Below are positions 26,808-36,724 of a DNA stretch of 64,000 nucleotides, piece by piece. The stretch lies in contig JAXHMG010000001.1 in NCBI GenBank assembly GCA_034521595.1, positions 32,001-96,000 of the forward strand. Reading direction: 5' to 3'. Below the pieces are notes generated by a model. It saw nothing but the letters and a program-made list of their open reading frames with translations, was not told the origin of the DNA and searched no databases. This DNA is from Gemmatimonadota bacterium (GTDB lineage Bacteria; Gemmatimonadota; Gemmatimonadetes; Longimicrobiales; Gaopeijiaceae). Within the stretch, counting starts at the first letter, position 1. Each line of letters starts with the position of its first letter. A program made the position numbers and the translations under genes.

Positions 26808-29528
26808 CTGACTCTCCGCGACGTCTCCTTCCCGCCGAAAGACGAACCCCTCCGCCGTGATGTCGGCTTGCTCGGAGACATCGTGGGAAGGGTGATCCGG
26901 GAACAGGGAGGAGAGGAGCTCTTCCGGCGCGTCGAGCGCGCACGGCATGCCGCCATCCGCCGACGTGAGGGGGCGTCCGACGCAACGCACGAGGTCGAGC
27001 AGGCCCTGGCGGGGCTCGACGCCGAGCAAGCGGAGGAAGTCGTGCGTGCGTACTCCATGTACTTTCAGGTCGTGAACCTAGCCGAGCGGGTGCACCGGAT
27101 TCGCAGGGGCCGGGCCTGGATGCGGGAAGGAGAGGAGCCGCAACCGGGATCGCTCGCGGACACCGTGGAGCGGCTCCGCAAACGCGGCCTCGATCAGGAG
27201 CGGATGCGGTCGCTCTTCTCCTCCGCACGGGTCGAGCCGGTCTTCACCGCCCACCCCACCGAGTCCACGCGCCGGATCATCCTGGAGAAGCAGGACCGGA
27301 TCGCGGCCGAGCTGATCGGTCGGCTCAACCCCGAGCGCACGCCACGCGAGGAAGCGGTCGCGACCGCGACCATCCGTGAGAACGTCACGGCCGCATGGCA
27401 GACGGAGGAGCATCCATCGGCTCGACCCACGGTGGCCGACGAGCGGGAGCATGTCCTCTACTACGTGACGCGCACCCTTTACCGAGTCCTCCCCGCGCTG
27501 CACGAGACGCTGGACGAGGCGCTCGAGCACCCGGAGCAGACCTCGACCGGCGACCTTCCGCCCCTCATTCGGCCGGGATCCTGGGTCGGGGGCGATATGG
27601 ACGGAAACCCGAACGTCGATGCGAACACGGTCCGCGAGACGCTCCGCCGCCACCGGGACCTGACGCTGGAGGCGTACGAGCGAGAGGTCGGCGAGCTCGC
27701 CCGGAACCTGACGCAGTCGGCGTCGCGCGTGTCATGGAATCGGGAGATCTCCGTGCTCGGGGATCGCTACGGTGGATGGTTTCCGGAGACCGACCGCGCC
27801 ATCCCCGAGCGTCATCGCAGCATGGGCTACAGGGTTCTCCTGGAGCTCATCGGGGCACGCCTCGCCGCGACCCGTGCCGACTCCGAGCACGGGTACGCCG
27901 GCCCCGAGGAGCTGCTCGACGACATCAACGCGATCGCCAAGAGCCTCGTAGAGCACGACGGTACGCATGCCGGACTCTTCGGTGTCCGCCGACTGTTGCG
28001 GCGCATCCGGACGTTCGGTTTCCACATGGCCGCCCTGGACGTGCGTCAGGACGCCCGCGCCTTGCGTGAGGTCGCCGCGGAGCTCTTCGACGACCCGGCA
28101 TGGCCCGAACGCCCCTCCGAGGAACGGATCGAGCGGCTCCACGAAGCGCTCTCGAGCATGGAGCAGGGAGACGCGCGGACAGGGCGGGAAGGACTCAGCG
28201 ATGCGGCGCTCGACACGCTCGACGTCTTTCGGGCGATCTCTGAAGGACGCGGGGCGTACGGGGCGGATGCGATCGGTTCCTACATCATCTCGATGGCGGA
28301 GGATGTCGACGACGTGCTCACGGTCGCCTGGCTGGCCACGCTCGGAGGCCTCGGTACCACCGACGACCTGCCCCTCGACATCGCTCCGCTCTTCGAAACC
28401 GTCTCCGACCTCGAGCGTGCGGAAGAGGTCCTCGAAGCGCTGTTCACGGACCCCTTCCTGGGGCCACACGTATCTCGGCGCGGAAGCCGCCAGATCGTGA
28501 TGGTCGGGTACTCCGACTCCAACAAGGACGGAGGCATCGCCTCGGCACGGTGGGCTCTGCAGCGAGCCCTCGAGGGCATGGCCCGAGCGGCCACCCGACA
28601 GGACGTAACACTCACGGTGTTCCATGGACGCGGGGGTACGGTTTCTCGGGGGGGCGGCTCCGTGCACCGGGCCGTCGCGGCCATGCCGGCCGGATCGATC
28701 GGAGGTCGGCTGCGCCTGACCGAGCAGGGCGAAGTCATCGACGCGAAATACGGCCTGCCCCAGATCGCGCTCCGTAATCTGGAGCGGATGCTCGGGTCCA
28801 TCGTGCTTCGCGCGGCGGACCGCGGCGAGGACGAGGCTCCGCCACGGTGGCGGAGCCTCGCGGACACGGTGGCCGGGGCGGCACGCACCGCCTATCGGTC
28901 GCTCGTTTACGAAGACCCGCGTTTCACCGCGTACTTCCGTTCCGGAACCCCCATCGACGTGATCGAGCGAATGTCCATCGGGTCACGCCCACCGTCCCGG
29001 CGGTCGGGCGCGGGTGTCGAGGACCTCCGCGCGATCCCCTGGGTGTTCTCGTGGACCCAATGCCGGGCGATGATGACGGGCTGGTACGGGCTGGGAACCG
29101 GGTTGGAAGCGGCCCGGGCCGAGCACGGCCTCGGCCTCCTGCAGGAAGCCGCCGAGGGCTGGCCCTTCTTCGACACCCTCCTGGCCGATGTCGAGATGGT
29201 GCTGGCCAAGGCCGACCTCGAGATCGCCGGGATGTACCGGGCCTTGGCCCCGGCCCAAGCCCACGCGGTCTACGACCGGATCCGCGACGAGTTCGATCGG
29301 ACGGTCTCAGCGGTGCTCGAAATCCGGCAAAGCTCCGCCCTCCTCGATGACGATCCCACGCTTCAGCGTTCGATCCGCTTGCGAAACCCCTACGTCGACC
29401 CGATGAACATGCTCCAAGTCGACCTACTGCGCCGGTGGCGGCACGACGAGCGGCCGGACGGCGCTCTCCTCGACGCCCTGCTCGCGACGGTGAACGGGAT
29501 CGCACGGGGGCTGCAGAACACGGGGTGA
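26808..29528 (+). CDS. ppc: Phosphoenolpyruvate carboxylase (start uncertain: CTG 26808 or TTG 26868)
   Basis: VFTAHPTE, SWVGGDMDGNP, MVGYSDSNKDGG, FHGRGGTVSRGGG, LRAIPWVFSW, GLQNTG C-terminus. Confidence 0.95.
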   Translation: MTLRDVSFPPKDEPLRRDVGLLGDIVGRVIREQGGEELFRRVERARHAAIRRREGASDATHEVEQALAGLDAEQAEEVVRAYSMYFQVVNLAERVHRIRRGRAWMREGEEPQPGSLADTVERLRKRGLDQERMRSLFSSARVEPVFTAHPTESTRRIILEKQDRIAAELIGRLNPERTPREEAVATATIRENVTAAWQTEEHPSARPTVADEREHVLYYVTRTLYRVLPALHETLDEALEHPEQTSTGDLPPLIRPGSWVGGDMDGNPNVDANTVRETLRRHRDLTLEAYEREVGELARNLTQSASRVSWNREISVLGDRYGGWFPETDRAIPERHRSMGYRVLLELIGARLAATRADSEHGYAGPEELLDDINAIAKSLVEHDGTHAGLFGVRRLLRRIRTFGFHMAALDVRQDARALREVAAELFDDPAWPERPSEERIERLHEALSSMEQGDARTGREGLSDAALDTLDVFRAISEGRGAYGADAIGSYIISMAEDVDDVLTVAWLATLGGLGTTDDLPLDIAPLFETVSDLERAEEVLEALFTDPFLGPHVSRRGSRQIVMVGYSDSNKDGGIASARWALQRALEGMARAATRQDVTLTVFHGRGGTVSRGGGSVHRAVAAMPAGSIGGRLRLTEQGEVIDAKYGLPQIALRNLERMLGSIVLRAADRGEDEAPPRWRSLADTVAGAARTAYRSLVYEDPRFTAYFRSGTPIDVIERMSIGSRPPSRRSGAGVEDLRAIPWVFSWTQCRAMMTGWYGLGTGLEAARAEHGLGLLQEAAEGWPFFDTLLADVEMVLAKADLEIAGMYRALAPAQAHAVYDRIRDEFDRTVSAVLEIRQSSALLDDDPTLQRSIRLRNPYVDPMNMLQVDLLRRWRHDERPDGALLDALLATVNGIARGLQNTG

Positions 29529-29568
29529 GCGGATCGCGACCGCCAGGTCCATCGCGCCACCCACCTCC

Positions 29569-30195
29569 CTACTTCTTCCGCGCCACGTACTCGCGCGCCC
29601 CGGCACGCAGGGAAAACGCGTGCGTGACCGTGAACGGCCTCAGGAGTCGCTCGACCTCGGCCGGCAGAAGCTCGGGAGCCGCCGGCTCCGGGTCACCGAC
29701 CGGCTCCCGAGCGATTCGGTCGTGCGAGACCAACATCGATCGCACGGGCTGGCGCGTCGTGCCGTCCGAGGCATCCACCGAGGCGTAGAGTCGTGCACCG
29801 GGCCCCGTGATGTCCACGATCCGGGCGACCAGGGAGGCTCGCTCTTCCGGATTCAACCGGTCCAAGACGTCCCACGCCAGGACCACGTCGTACGGATGCC
29901 CGGGATGTGCGACGAGCACCTCCGGGTCGAACCCGGCGCGGGATCCTTCGTCCGTGCCGGGCACCAGCCCGACGAAACGGACGACCCCGGCGTACGGCGT
30001 GAGCATCTCGAGCTGCCGCCGGCTTCCCTCCCCGAGGTCCAGGATCGAGTGGCCACCGTCGTCCCGCAGCCCTTCGAAGAGGGCCCCCAACCCCGGGGAC
30101 GCCCGCTCGGAGGCTCGGGATTCGGGCGCGTCGGCCGTCTCCGACTCCTCCGACGGGACCGCCCCCCCGGACCGGATCCGGTCGAGCCATCGCAC
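29569..30195 (-). CDS. Hypothetical protein, class I SAM-methyltransferase-like fold
   Basis: ILDLGEG and YDVVLAWDVLDRL; start overlaps the bactofilin stop. Confidence 0.65.
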   Translation of the reverse strand: MRWLDRIRSGGAVPSEESETADAPESRASERASPGLGALFEGLRDDGGHSILDLGEGSRRQLEMLTPYAGVVRFVGLVPGTDEGSRAGFDPEVLVAHPGHPYDVVLAWDVLDRLNPEERASLVARIVDITGPGARLYASVDASDGTTRQPVRSMLVSHDRIAREPVGDPEPAAPELLPAEVERLLRPFTVTHAFSLRAGAREYVARKK

Positions 30196-30791
30196 TACGA
30201 CTTGGCCGGGCTCTTGCCGCTGGAAGCGTCCTTGGCCTTCTCCGGGCTCGTGGCGGCCTGACTGGCCGGAGGGTTGGAGTCCGAGGCGATCTTCTCGCCG
30301 GCCTGGGTCTCGGATCCCTTGCTCGTGTTCGTTGGCTTGCCGGAAGCTCGACCGCTACCGGTGGCTTTGGTTTGACCGCCGGACCCGTTCGCCCCCATGT
30401 CGACGAGACCCCGGAACGTCGCCCCGTCCTCGAGCACCACCCGCGGCGCTTTGATGTCTCCGTGGACCTGCGCTGAGCCGCGCAAGATGATCTGCTCTTC
30501 AGCGGTGAGATCACCTTCCACACGACCTTCGATCGTGATGAGCCGCCCCAAGATATCGGCATTGACCCGGCCTTCGCTGCCGACGCCCACGGCGTGTTGA
30601 GCGAGCGTCACGGAGCCGTCGACCTTGCCCTGGATCAGGAGATCCTCGCTGCCGGTCACGTCCCCCTTGATGCTGATCGAAGGACCGATGGTCGCGCGCC
30701 CGGAATCCCCGGAGGCGGGTTTCTGTCCGGTGGTGCGCGGGGTGGTTCCTGCATTCGACGGCGCCGGCTGCTCTTCGTCTTTCTTCCACAT
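30195..30791 (-). CDS. Bactofilin (CcmA family polymer-forming cytoskeletal protein)
   Basis: ATIGPSISIKGDVTGSEDLLIQGKVDG...VHGDIKAPRVVLEDGATFRG beta-helix repeats. Confidence 0.92.
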   Translation of the reverse strand: MWKKDEEQPAPSNAGTTPRTTGQKPASGDSGRATIGPSISIKGDVTGSEDLLIQGKVDGSVTLAQHAVGVGSEGRVNADILGRLITIEGRVEGDLTAEEQIILRGSAQVHGDIKAPRVVLEDGATFRGLVDMGANGSGGQTKATGSGRASGKPTNTSKGSETQAGEKIASDSNPPASQAATSPEKAKDASSGKSPAKS

Positions 30792-30859
30792 AGCTCCCCC
30801 AAGGATGCGTGGCCGTGCGGCAGGGCAGCACGGCGCTGTAACACGTCCTGGGAAGGAGG

Positions 30860-30876
30860 TGCAACAAGCTTGCCAA
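30860..30876 (-). promoter_or_regulatory. Candidate sigma54 (-24/-12) promoter of the bactofilin operon
   Basis: Minus strand TTGGCAAGCTTGTTGCA, GG-N10-GC. Confidence 0.55.
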
Positions 30877-30988
30877 AGCCGGGTGGGCTTTCGGACGCGC
30901 GGTCATCGGCCTCAGTTATGTTGGAACCGATCCTGGCCCCGGCGGTCCATGCACGCAGCAGGGACCGCCTCCAACCGGTGCCCCGAGC

Positions 30989-32131
30989 ATGTCATCACCC
31001 ACCAAGCTCCAACGTTGGCTGGACGTCGTCGCCTACCTGGCCGGACGACGCTTGCCCGTCGCCACGGAAGACCTCTGGAAGGCGGTGCCGGCGTACCGCC
31101 CCGGACTGGAGGGCACGGACGGAGAGAAGCAGAAGGTGCGCCGGATGTTCGAGCGCGACAAAGACGAGTTGCGCGACCTCGGCATCCCGATCGAGACGGT
31201 GAGCTACTCGATCAACTACGGGCTCGAGCACGTCACCGGGTATCGGCTGGAGACCCGGGACTTTCACCTGCCGTACCTCAGGCTCGTCGCCGATGCCAGA
31301 GCGGCCGACACGGAAGATGGCACGGAGCGCGGGGGGCGCCCCGCAACCGATCCGGCGGGAGCCTTCGCCCTGGACCGAGGGGAGGCGGGAGCCGCGCTGG
31401 AAGGGCTGAGCGAACTCGCCGAGATCCCGTCGTTTCCGCTGCGCGGCGCCGCTCGCTCCGGTCTCCGTAAGCTCACCTTCGACCTCGATCCCGACACGCT
31501 GCGGGAAGCGCCCGTCGTCTACGCGACCGATCCCGAGACGGAGGCCGCCCGGGACACGCTCCGTGCCCTCTCCAGCGCTGTGCAGAGCCGAAAGCGGGTC
31601 TCCTTCCTCTACCGCGCCATCACGCGTGAAGCCGAAGCGTGGCGTCGCGCCCATCCCTATGGGCTGCTGTTCCAGCACGGCCGTTGGTACATGGTGGGAT
31701 GGGACGTCGACCGGGAAGCCGAGCGCATGTTCCGGGTTGGCCGGATGAGTGAGGTCCGGCCGGACCGACAGGGAGGCGGCCCCGACTACGAGGTGCCGGC
31801 AGCGTTCGACCTGAACGCCTACGCCGGACGCTCGGCCTGGGAGGTCGGAGAGGATCCGGAAGGCTCGGTCGGAGCGCTCGTGCGCTTCCGGTTTCCACGC
31901 TCCCTCTGGGCGGAGCGCAACGACCACGGCCAACTCGTCGCCGAGCAGGAGGACGGAAGCCAGCTCAGACGATTCCCGATTCTCCGCCGGGACCCGTTCC
32001 TGCGTTGGATTTTGAGCCTCGGCGGGGACGCTTGGATCGAGAGCCCTGAAGCGCTCCGCGATGCCTTCGGGTCCCTGGCCACCGAGGTCGCGACGCGTTA
32101 CGGATACGGAGGAGACGATACCGATGCATGA
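30989..32131 (+). CDS. WYL-domain transcriptional regulator, PafB-like
   Basis: N-terminal wHTH with RRMFERDKDELRDLGIPIE; WYL domain HPYGLLFQHGRWYMVG...FRVGRM; WCX tail. Confidence 0.88.
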   Translation: MSSPTKLQRWLDVVAYLAGRRLPVATEDLWKAVPAYRPGLEGTDGEKQKVRRMFERDKDELRDLGIPIETVSYSINYGLEHVTGYRLETRDFHLPYLRLVADARAADTEDGTERGGRPATDPAGAFALDRGEAGAALEGLSELAEIPSFPLRGAARSGLRKLTFDLDPDTLREAPVVYATDPETEAARDTLRALSSAVQSRKRVSFLYRAITREAEAWRRAHPYGLLFQHGRWYMVGWDVDREAERMFRVGRMSEVRPDRQGGGPDYEVPAAFDLNAYAGRSAWEVGEDPEGSVGALVRFRFPRSLWAERNDHGQLVAEQEDGSQLRRFPILRRDPFLRWILSLGGDAWIESPEALRDAFGSLATEVATRYGYGGDDTDA

Positions 32132-32161
32132 GCCAGCACCCCGCATGACCGAGGCACACGG

Positions 32162-33163
32162 GTGAGCGGCGGGCATACGGCGCGGGACCGGCTCGAACGC
32201 CTGCTGCACGTGCTTCCGGCCGCATCTCGCCCGGAGGGAGCTCCGTTGACCGAGCTCGCGCGGACGCTCGCCACCTCCGAAGACCGGATCCTGGAGGACA
32301 TCGAGGAGGTCACCGCCCGCAACTTCTACCACCCGGGCGGTTGGCCCGACGACGTGCAGATCTTCGTGGAATCGGGACGGGTGAAAGTCGAGCGCGCGGA
32401 CGGCTTCGAACGGCCCGCCCGGCTCAGCTCCGCCGAGACGCTCTGCCTCGCCCTCGGGCTCCGGGGACATACGGCGTCGTCCCGCGTGCCCGCGCCGGAG
32501 GTCCGCGAGCGGCTCCTCGATCGCGCCGAGCGATATCTCGCGCACGAGGTCCCGTACGAGGACGGAGCTCCGACGGTCGCGGCGCCCGAGCGAGAACCGG
32601 ACCCCGAGGGCATCCGTGAGGTGCTCCTGACCGCCGCGCGTGAGCGCACGCCTTGCGCCCTCTCCTACGTCAAGGCGGGGGCGCGCGACGCCTCCACGCG
32701 CGTGGTGCACCCCTACGTGCTCGCGTACGGTGAAGGGGCCTGGTACGCGGTGGGACACTGCACGCTGGAAGACGATATTCGCGTCTTCCGGACCGACCGT
32801 GTGCTCGCCGCGGAACTGGCCGAGGGCCGCTTCGAGATCCCGGCGGACTTCGACCCCGACCGCTACCTGGACGGAGGGCGGATTTTCCACGCCCGGGACG
32901 AGCGTGAGGTGCGCGTGTGGTATTCGGCGCGGATCGCACGCTGGATCCGTGAGCGCGCTTCCTCGTCCTCGGACGCGGTCGAGCACCGGGAGGACGGCAG
33001 CCTCGTGGTTCGCCACCGCGTGGCCGATCCGCACTGGGCGGTGAGCCACGCGCTCCAGTACGGAGCCGAGGCCGAGATTCTCGAGCCGGCGGACATCCGT
33101 GCGCTCGTCGGCGAAGTCGCCGACGAGCTGTCACGCCGTCGCGGGGGCGCTCGACCGTCCTGA
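32162..33163 (+). CDS. WYL-domain transcriptional regulator, PafC-like
   Basis: RLERLLHVLP, FERPARLSSAE, VVHPYVL...WYAVGHC...FRTDRV, LQYGAEAEILEP. Confidence 0.88.
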   Translation: MSGGHTARDRLERLLHVLPAASRPEGAPLTELARTLATSEDRILEDIEEVTARNFYHPGGWPDDVQIFVESGRVKVERADGFERPARLSSAETLCLALGLRGHTASSRVPAPEVRERLLDRAERYLAHEVPYEDGAPTVAAPEREPDPEGIREVLLTAARERTPCALSYVKAGARDASTRVVHPYVLAYGEGAWYAVGHCTLEDDIRVFRTDRVLAAELAEGRFEIPADFDPDRYLDGGRIFHARDEREVRVWYSARIARWIRERASSSSDAVEHREDGSLVVRHRVADPHWAVSHALQYGAEAEILEPADIRALVGEVADELSRRRGGARPS

Positions 33164-33295
33164 GTGAGCGGCTCCGGCGGCCTCGGACGACGACGATCAC
33201 GCAGCGGGGGTAGCGCCGAAGCCGGCGTCCCGGAACGATTCGCGGGCGGAACGGTGTTAACACCGTTCCGCGCACCTCCGAGACCGAGATGCAGC

Positions 33296-34012
33296 ATGAG
33301 CGACAGCGAGCCCCCACCACCCTTCTCCGAGCCGCCGAGCGCGAATGATGTCGATGCCCGCAGGGAATCGATGAGGACGCCCGTGGTCACCACGCTCTTC
33401 GTGGTCAATCTCGCGGTCTTCTTCCTGTGGGCGTGGCCGGACGTCCCGATGTCGCTCATGATGGAGCATTTCCTCGTGAGCTGGCCACCGCTCCTCGAAG
33501 GACGTGTGTGGGTGCTCCTCACCTCGGTCTTCTCGCACAACCTGCTCCTGCATCTCCTGGTCAACATGGTCGTCCTGTTGAGCTTCGGAAAACCGATGGA
33601 GTTGCTCATGGGTCGCCGCACCTTCCTGATGTTTTTCCTGGGCGCGGGCATCGCCGCATCGTTGGCGCACGCCGTGACGTCACGCTTTCTGCTGGACCGG
33701 CCGGACCTCCAGGCCCTCGGCGCTTCAGGCGCGCTCGCGGGGGTGCTGATGCTCTTCTCGTTCTCCTTTCCGAAGGCGAAGGTCTTCTTCCTGTTCTTCA
33801 TTCCGGTGCCGGCCATCCTGGCTGCGCTCGCCTTCATCGCGATCGACGTGTGGGGGCTGATCGCCCAGATCGGCGGGAGCACGCTGCCGATCGGGCACGG
33901 TGCACACCTCGGCGGCGGACTCGTCGGGATCCTGTACTACCTGGCCCGCGGCCGCGAGCTGCGGAAGCAGCGTGATCGTTTGAGCTTCGGCCTCTCGCCG
34001 GACGCCCCCTGA
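33296..34012 (+). CDS. Rhomboid-family intramembrane serine protease
   Basis: HLLVNM, GASG catalytic Ser, HGAHLGG catalytic His. Confidence 0.9.
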   Translation: MSDSEPPPPFSEPPSANDVDARRESMRTPVVTTLFVVNLAVFFLWAWPDVPMSLMMEHFLVSWPPLLEGRVWVLLTSVFSHNLLLHLLVNMVVLLSFGKPMELLMGRRTFLMFFLGAGIAASLAHAVTSRFLLDRPDLQALGASGALAGVLMLFSFSFPKAKVFFLFFIPVPAILAALAFIAIDVWGLIAQIGGSTLPIGHGAHLGGGLVGILYYLARGRELRKQRDRLSFGLSPDAP

Positions 34013-34087
34013 CTCCGGGCCTACCGCGAGCTGATAGATTCCCGGCCCGCCACCGCCCCCTCGATCCTCCGACCGCCCGCACCACTC

Positions 34088-35923
34088 TTGGCCCTCGTCA
34101 GCGCACAGAATCTCACGATCGCCTTCGGCGGCCATCCGCTCCTCGACGACGCGACCCTCCAGATCGAGCGCAGCGAGCGCATCGGGCTGGTGGGACGGAA
34201 CGGCGAGGGTAAATCGACCCTCCTGAACATCGTCTCCGGCGAGATCGGGCCGGACGACGGCACCGTGGCCCTGGGCACGGGCGTGCGGGTGTCCCTTCTG
34301 CCTCAGGACGTTCCCGCCGGCCTGCCCGAGACCGTCGAGGAGGTCATCGCGTCGGGACTGCCCCGGCACGCGCAAGGACAACACCACATCCAGCGACAGC
34401 TTTCGCTCATGGAGCTCGACCCCGGCGCGCGCTTCCACGAGCTCTCGGGAGGACAGAAGCGACGCGCGCTCCTCGGGCGAGCCTTGGTGGAGGATCCGGA
34501 CGTCCTCCTGCTCGACGAGCCGACCAACCACCTCGATCTCGAAAGCATCGAGTGGCTCGAGGGGTTCCTCAAGCGCTTCGCGGGCAGCCTCCTCTTCGTC
34601 ACCCACGACCGGGCGTTCCTGCAGGCGCTCGCCACCCGGATCGTCGAGCTCGACCGCGGCGCGCTCACGTCGTGGGCATGCGGGTACCGAACCTACCTGG
34701 AACGCAAGGAGGAGCAGCTCCGCGCCGAAGAGAAGCGTTGGGCGGAGTTCGACCGCAAGCTCTCGGAGGAGGAGGCGTGGATCCGGAAGAACATCAAGGC
34801 TCGCCGCACGCGTAACGAGGGGCGCGTCCGGGCCCTCCAGGCGATGCGCAAGGAGCGGCGGAAGCGCCGCGAGCGCGTCGGTGAAGTGCGCATGAACATC
34901 CAGGAGGCCGAGCGGTCCGGAACCCGCGTGATCGTGGCCAAGGGAGTCAGCTTCGGTTACGGGGACGAGGACGCCGGAGACGAGGGTACGGCCGAGCCAC
35001 TGATCCGGGACTTCTCGACCACCATCATGCGTGGGGACAAGATCGGGATCATCGGCCCGAACGGCGTGGGGAAGACGACGCTCATCCAGCTCCTGTTGGA
35101 TCGCCTCCAGCCCGACGCGGGGACCGTGGAGCACGGGACGTCGCTCCAGGTACGCTACTTCGACCAGCACCGCGAGGAGCTCGACGAGGCGGAGACGGTC
35201 GCCGAAGCCGTGGGCTTCGGAAGCGACCACGTCGAGATCGACGGCGAGCGCCGCCACGTCATGAGCTACCTACAGGACTTCCTGTTCACCGCCGAGCGCG
35301 CGCGACAGCCGATCCGCTCGCTGTCCGGAGGTGAGCGAAACCGACTCCTCCTGGCCCGCCTCTTCACCCGTCCCGCCAACGTGCTCGTCTTGGACGAGCC
35401 CACCAACGATCTCGACACCGAGACGCTCGAGCTCCTCGAGAGCCGTCTCGTGTCGTTCAGCGGCACCGTCCTGACGGTGAGCCACGACCGCGCCTTCCTC
35501 GACAACCTCTGCACCAACACGTTCGTGTTCGAAGGCGGGGGACGAGTGAAGGAGTACGTGGGGGGATACTCGGATTGGAAGCGCGCGGTCGCACGTCGGA
35601 CATCGGAGGACGACGGAGACGAAGAGGGCGAAAGCGGACAGCGAAAGGGCGGCGATCGAGCCCGGAGCCCGAAGAGCGGCACCGGAGCCAAGCGCCCGAA
35701 GAAGCTCACCTACAACGACCAGCGTGAGCTCGAGCGTCTTCCCGGCACCATCGAGAAGCTCGAGGCTGAGCTCGCCGAAGCGCACGAAGCGCTGGCCGAC
35801 CCCGAGCTCTACAAGCGGGACCCCGAGGCCGTGAGCGAGGTCACGCGGAAGGCCGAAGCGCTCGAGCGGAAGATCGAAGAGGCCTTCGATCGGTGGGCCG
35901 AGCTGTCCGAGCGAGCCGGGTGA
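34088..35923 (+). CDS. uup: ABC-F ATPase Uup
   Basis: Two ABC domains, IKARRTRNEGRVRAL linker, C-terminal KKLTY coiled coil; TTG start. Confidence 0.9.
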   Translation: MALVSAQNLTIAFGGHPLLDDATLQIERSERIGLVGRNGEGKSTLLNIVSGEIGPDDGTVALGTGVRVSLLPQDVPAGLPETVEEVIASGLPRHAQGQHHIQRQLSLMELDPGARFHELSGGQKRRALLGRALVEDPDVLLLDEPTNHLDLESIEWLEGFLKRFAGSLLFVTHDRAFLQALATRIVELDRGALTSWACGYRTYLERKEEQLRAEEKRWAEFDRKLSEEEAWIRKNIKARRTRNEGRVRALQAMRKERRKRRERVGEVRMNIQEAERSGTRVIVAKGVSFGYGDEDAGDEGTAEPLIRDFSTTIMRGDKIGIIGPNGVGKTTLIQLLLDRLQPDAGTVEHGTSLQVRYFDQHREELDEAETVAEAVGFGSDHVEIDGERRHVMSYLQDFLFTAERARQPIRSLSGGERNRLLLARLFTRPANVLVLDEPTNDLDTETLELLESRLVSFSGTVLTVSHDRAFLDNLCTNTFVFEGGGRVKEYVGGYSDWKRAVARRTSEDDGDEEGESGQRKGGDRARSPKSGTGAKRPKKLTYNDQRELERLPGTIEKLEAELAEAHEALADPELYKRDPEAVSEVTRKAEALERKIEEAFDRWAELSERAG

Positions 35924-35982
35924 GGGGCGCGGCCGAGGCCGTCGGGTTGCGCCGAACGTCGACGGCAAAGCAGCGTTAGCGC

Positions 35983-36597
35983 ATGACCATGCCCGCCGAC
36001 CCACCGGAGACACGCTACCGGTTGCCCCTCTTTCCGCTTCCGGTCGTCCTGCTGCCGGGCGCTCCTCTGCCGCTCCACATCTTCGAGCCCCGCTACCGGG
36101 AGATGCTCGAGGACTGCCTGGATTCGGACCGACGCTTCGGGCTGATCTACCACGACCGGGACCGCCGCGGCCCGTTCCTCTGCGAGGAGGGGAGCATCGG
36201 ATGCATCGCCGAGATCGGAGAGCACCGGGAGCTCAGCGACGGACGCGCCCTCATCGTCGTGACCGGGGTGGAGCGCTTCCGCATCGTCGACGGCATCGAA
36301 TCGGACAGCCAATACTTCGAAGGGCTGGTCACGCCTTACGGGGACACCACTGAGCTTCCGGACGAGCTCCTCGCCTCCAGGCGACGGGAGTCCATCGAGC
36401 TCTTCCATCACGTCCTGGACACGCTGAGTGAGCGCCCCGACCAACTGCCCGAGCTACAGCCGGACCGCGAGACGTCGTTCCTGCTGGCCCAGACCATCGG
36501 GGTCGACCCGTCCTGGCATCAAAGGCTCCTCGAGCTCCGCGACGAACAGGCCCGCCTCACCGAGCTCGATCGGGTGTTCCGCGCGGCGTTGGATTAG
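35983..36597 (+). CDS. LON peptidase substrate-binding (N) domain protein
   Basis: LPLFPLPVVLLPGAPLPLHIFEPRYREM. Confidence 0.9.
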   Translation: MTMPADPPETRYRLPLFPLPVVLLPGAPLPLHIFEPRYREMLEDCLDSDRRFGLIYHDRDRRGPFLCEEGSIGCIAEIGEHRELSDGRALIVVTGVERFRIVDGIESDSQYFEGLVTPYGDTTELPDELLASRRRESIELFHHVLDTLSERPDQLPELQPDRETSFLLAQTIGVDPSWHQRLLELRDEQARLTELDRVFRAALD

Positions 36598-36724
36598 TCC
36601 CCCTGAGCGTTCGCGCTCCGCTTCCACGAGCCGAGCGGCCAAGAGCACCGTGACGGGAGTCCCTTGTCCGGCCCGGCCCTGCCTGCTAAGCGTAGTCCTC
36701 CCCTTTCCACCCTATGAGCGAGCC

